Source: Oscillospiraceae bacterium (GTDB lineage: Bacteria > Bacillota > Clostridia > Oscillospirales > CAG-272). Taken from it: DNA of 64,000 bases. Both the position numbers and the translations under genes were made by a program. This document shows, piece after piece, positions 62,677-64,000 of this stretch. Positions within the stretch are counted from its first letter, which is position 1, and each line of letters begins with the position of its first letter. The stretch is from positions 29,252 through 93,251 of the forward strand of contig SVSI01000006.1 in NCBI GenBank assembly GCA_015064385.1, in the 5' to 3' direction. The notes under the pieces are model-generated. The model saw only the letters and a program-made list of their open reading frames with translations. It was not told the origin of the DNA and searched no databases.

Positions 62677-62829
62677 TTTCTTTTTTATTAACCTGTCCAC
62701 CCCCTTGTACACCCGCACGATACGAAGCACTATAAAAACCACACATAAAAACACAACCTACCAAGCGTAAAATCTGCCTTTTCGGTGGGTTTTACGCTTA
62801 TTTTGCAAGAAAATCACCTATTCTCAGAC

Positions 62830-62852
62830 AAGGGTTAGTTATGAGTTTCGTT
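62830..62852 (+). repeat. Partial direct copy of the tRNA-Arg 3' half (possible att remnant)
   Basis: AAGGGTTAGTTaTGAGTTtCG here versus AAGGGTTAGTTgTGAGTT-CG in the tRNA at 61175-61194. Confidence 0.5.
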
Positions 62853-62879
62853 AAGGCATGTTGCGCTCATGTAAATCTC

Positions 62880-62908
62880 TTGAAAAGTTATCAAATTCAT
62901 GATATAAT
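62880..62908 (+). promoter_or_regulatory. Candidate sigma-A promoter of the YjbR-like gene
   Basis: TTGAAA (62880-62885), 17 nt, TATAAT (62903-62908). Confidence 0.5.
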
Positions 62909-62937
62909 ATAACAAATCCCACAAAGGAGGTCTCGGA

Positions 62938-63315
62938 GTGACAAAGCAGGAATTCTTAAATATGTGTTTAGATTCATACGGCACGTCGCCGGACTACCCT
63001 TTCGAAGATGATTTGGAGACGGCGGTACTGCGTCACGGGGACAACCGCAAGTGGTATGCGATCGTAATGCGGGTATCCCGCCGAAAGTTCGGTCTTGACA
63101 GCGACGAGGTCATCGACGTTGCGAACCTCAAATTACCGATCGAAATGTTCGGCTCGTTCAGCGCATCAGATGGAGTCTATCCCGCGTATCACATGAACAA
63201 GCTCCATTGGATCTCGGTGCTTCTGCCCGACGCTCCTGAAGATGTGGTTCAGTTCCTCGTGAACGTGAGCTTTGAGGCAACGAAAAATAAGCGGAAAGGA
63301 AAAACGAATGAGTAG
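62938..63315 (+). CDS. MmcQ/YjbR-family protein
   Basis: 125 aa, GTG start with AAAGGAGG 7 nt upstream. YPFEDDLETAVLRHGDNRKWYAIVM...YHMNKLHWISV is typical of the YjbR fold family. Confidence 0.75.
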   Translation: MTKQEFLNMCLDSYGTSPDYPFEDDLETAVLRHGDNRKWYAIVMRVSRRKFGLDSDEVIDVANLKLPIEMFGSFSASDGVYPAYHMNKLHWISVLLPDAPEDVVQFLVNVSFEATKNKRKGKTNE

Positions 63316-63757
63316 TCATACTGATAAATCGATAACGGAAATAATACAGGATTTGTTTGAAACCGTCCGTGAATTGGAATTGCGCTATCCCGGAAGGAAG
63401 TTCAGCATTGATGGACATCTTCTCGGAAGTCTTGGAGAGGTTATTGCCGCCGAGCATTATGGCTTAACATTGCTCAAAAATTCGTTTGAGAAACATGATG
63501 CCGTAGATAAGCAAAACCGAATGGTGCAGATTAAGGCGACACAGATCAATCGAATCGCTATATCATCCGAACCGGATTACCTCATCGTTATTCAGATTGC
63601 TCCCGATGGAAACTGGTCTGAGATATATAACGGAGCTGGTTCTCGCGTGTGGAATAACGCGGGTAAAATGCAGAAGAACGGACAGCGCCCCGTTTCGGTT
63701 GAAAAGTTGAAAATGTTGATGGAAAGTGTTCAGGAAAATGAAAAAATCGGTCTATGA
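63308..63757 (+). CDS. Hypothetical protein (possible PD-(D/E)xK-like motif D-x11-Q-I-K; weak)
   Basis: ORF track starts at 63272. The ATG at 63308 has AAAGGA upstream and overlaps the upstream stop by 8 nt. Confidence 0.45.
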   Translation: MSSHTDKSITEIIQDLFETVRELELRYPGRKFSIDGHLLGSLGEVIAAEHYGLTLLKNSFEKHDAVDKQNRMVQIKATQINRIAISSEPDYLIVIQIAPDGNWSEIYNGAGSRVWNNAGKMQKNGQRPVSVEKLKMLMESVQENEKIGL

Positions 63758-63850
63758 TATGTTACTTAATTGATAACTAATCGCTATTGGTCTGGACTTT
63801 CGCGCCTTTCTGTGATATTGTGTGTGCTACCAACAAAGGAGGTAGTGCAT

Positions 63851-64000
63851 ATGACACGGAAAAAACAAGTTAATAACGAAAACGGAGCGGTTCTGAATCG
63901 GGATTTCCCGAGGCGGGACCGCTCTCTCGTTATGGTGCCGGAGGAGCTAAAGAGGCTTTATCCCAACGCTAAGCCCGAGCACATCGAAATGGTGCTGGAG
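63851..64000 (+). CDS. Hypothetical protein, N-terminal fragment (runs off the window end)
   Basis: Not in the ORF track because it is open-ended. The ATG at 63851 has AAAGGAGG upstream. 50 open codons read MTRKKQVNNENGAVLNRDFPRRDRSLVMVPEELKRLYPNAKPEHIEMVLE. Confidence 0.4.
   Translation, partial: MTRKKQVNNENGAVLNRDFPRRDRSLVMVPEELKRLYPNAKPEHIEMVLE

Overview
This 64 kb window reads as chromosome from an anaerobic Firmicute of class Clostridia. Cohesin/dockerin proteins and a bifurcating-type hydrogenase suggest an Oscillospiraceae/Ruminococcaceae-like organism, but that is inference only. GC looks moderate, with AT-rich patches visible by eye at about 47.1-48.5 kb and 61.5-62.8 kb.

Layout:
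- 0.2-17.2 kb: glycan and deoxy-sugar utilisation genes. These are a GH5-like enzyme, a DUF5107/TPR protein, rhaB-rhaA-rhaD with AraC regulators, GH43, an ADP-ribosylglycohydrolase-fold protein and a GH29 fucosidase.
- 17.3-25.8 kb: [FeFe]-hydrogenase hydC-hydB-hydA, preceded by a sensory/regulatory gene set (HydS-like protein, 2x DRTGG, 2x HATPase, PHP).
- 26-34 kb: housekeeping genes (Mrp/NBP35, TIM-barrel isomerase, dihydroorotase-like protein, fba, acyl-ACP thioesterase) plus a large repeat lipoprotein.
- 34-48.4 kb: the accessory part. It holds a mazF toxin with no visible antitoxin and three secreted proteins (490, 561 and 1222 aa) built from ~40-aa His+Cys3 modules with cohesin-like domains, one carrying a dockerin. 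These genes are interrupted by a zur-znuACB zinc-uptake operon.
- 48.5-61 kb: glmS with its ribozyme, glmM, a cysteine desulfurase, a PadR-DUF1700-DUF4097 module, glyQS and an LCP-like gene.
- 61.1-62.9 kb: tRNA-Arg(CCT) followed by a hairpin-dense, AT-rich islet bounded by a partial copy of the tRNA 3' half. The islet includes a strongly structured leader with its own terminator.

The best candidate for something new lies directly upstream of the 1222-aa gene. A 252-bp segment is flanked by exact lox-like 22-bp inverted repeats, carries a perfect consensus promoter, and abuts a tyrosine recombinase gene. I read this as a phase-variable invertible promoter, sequenced in the OFF orientation for the surface-protein operon.

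Two apparent single-nucleotide frameshifts were seen, one in the regulatory HATPase gene and one at the 5' end of the antiporter gene. No rRNA, CRISPR array or transposase was found.
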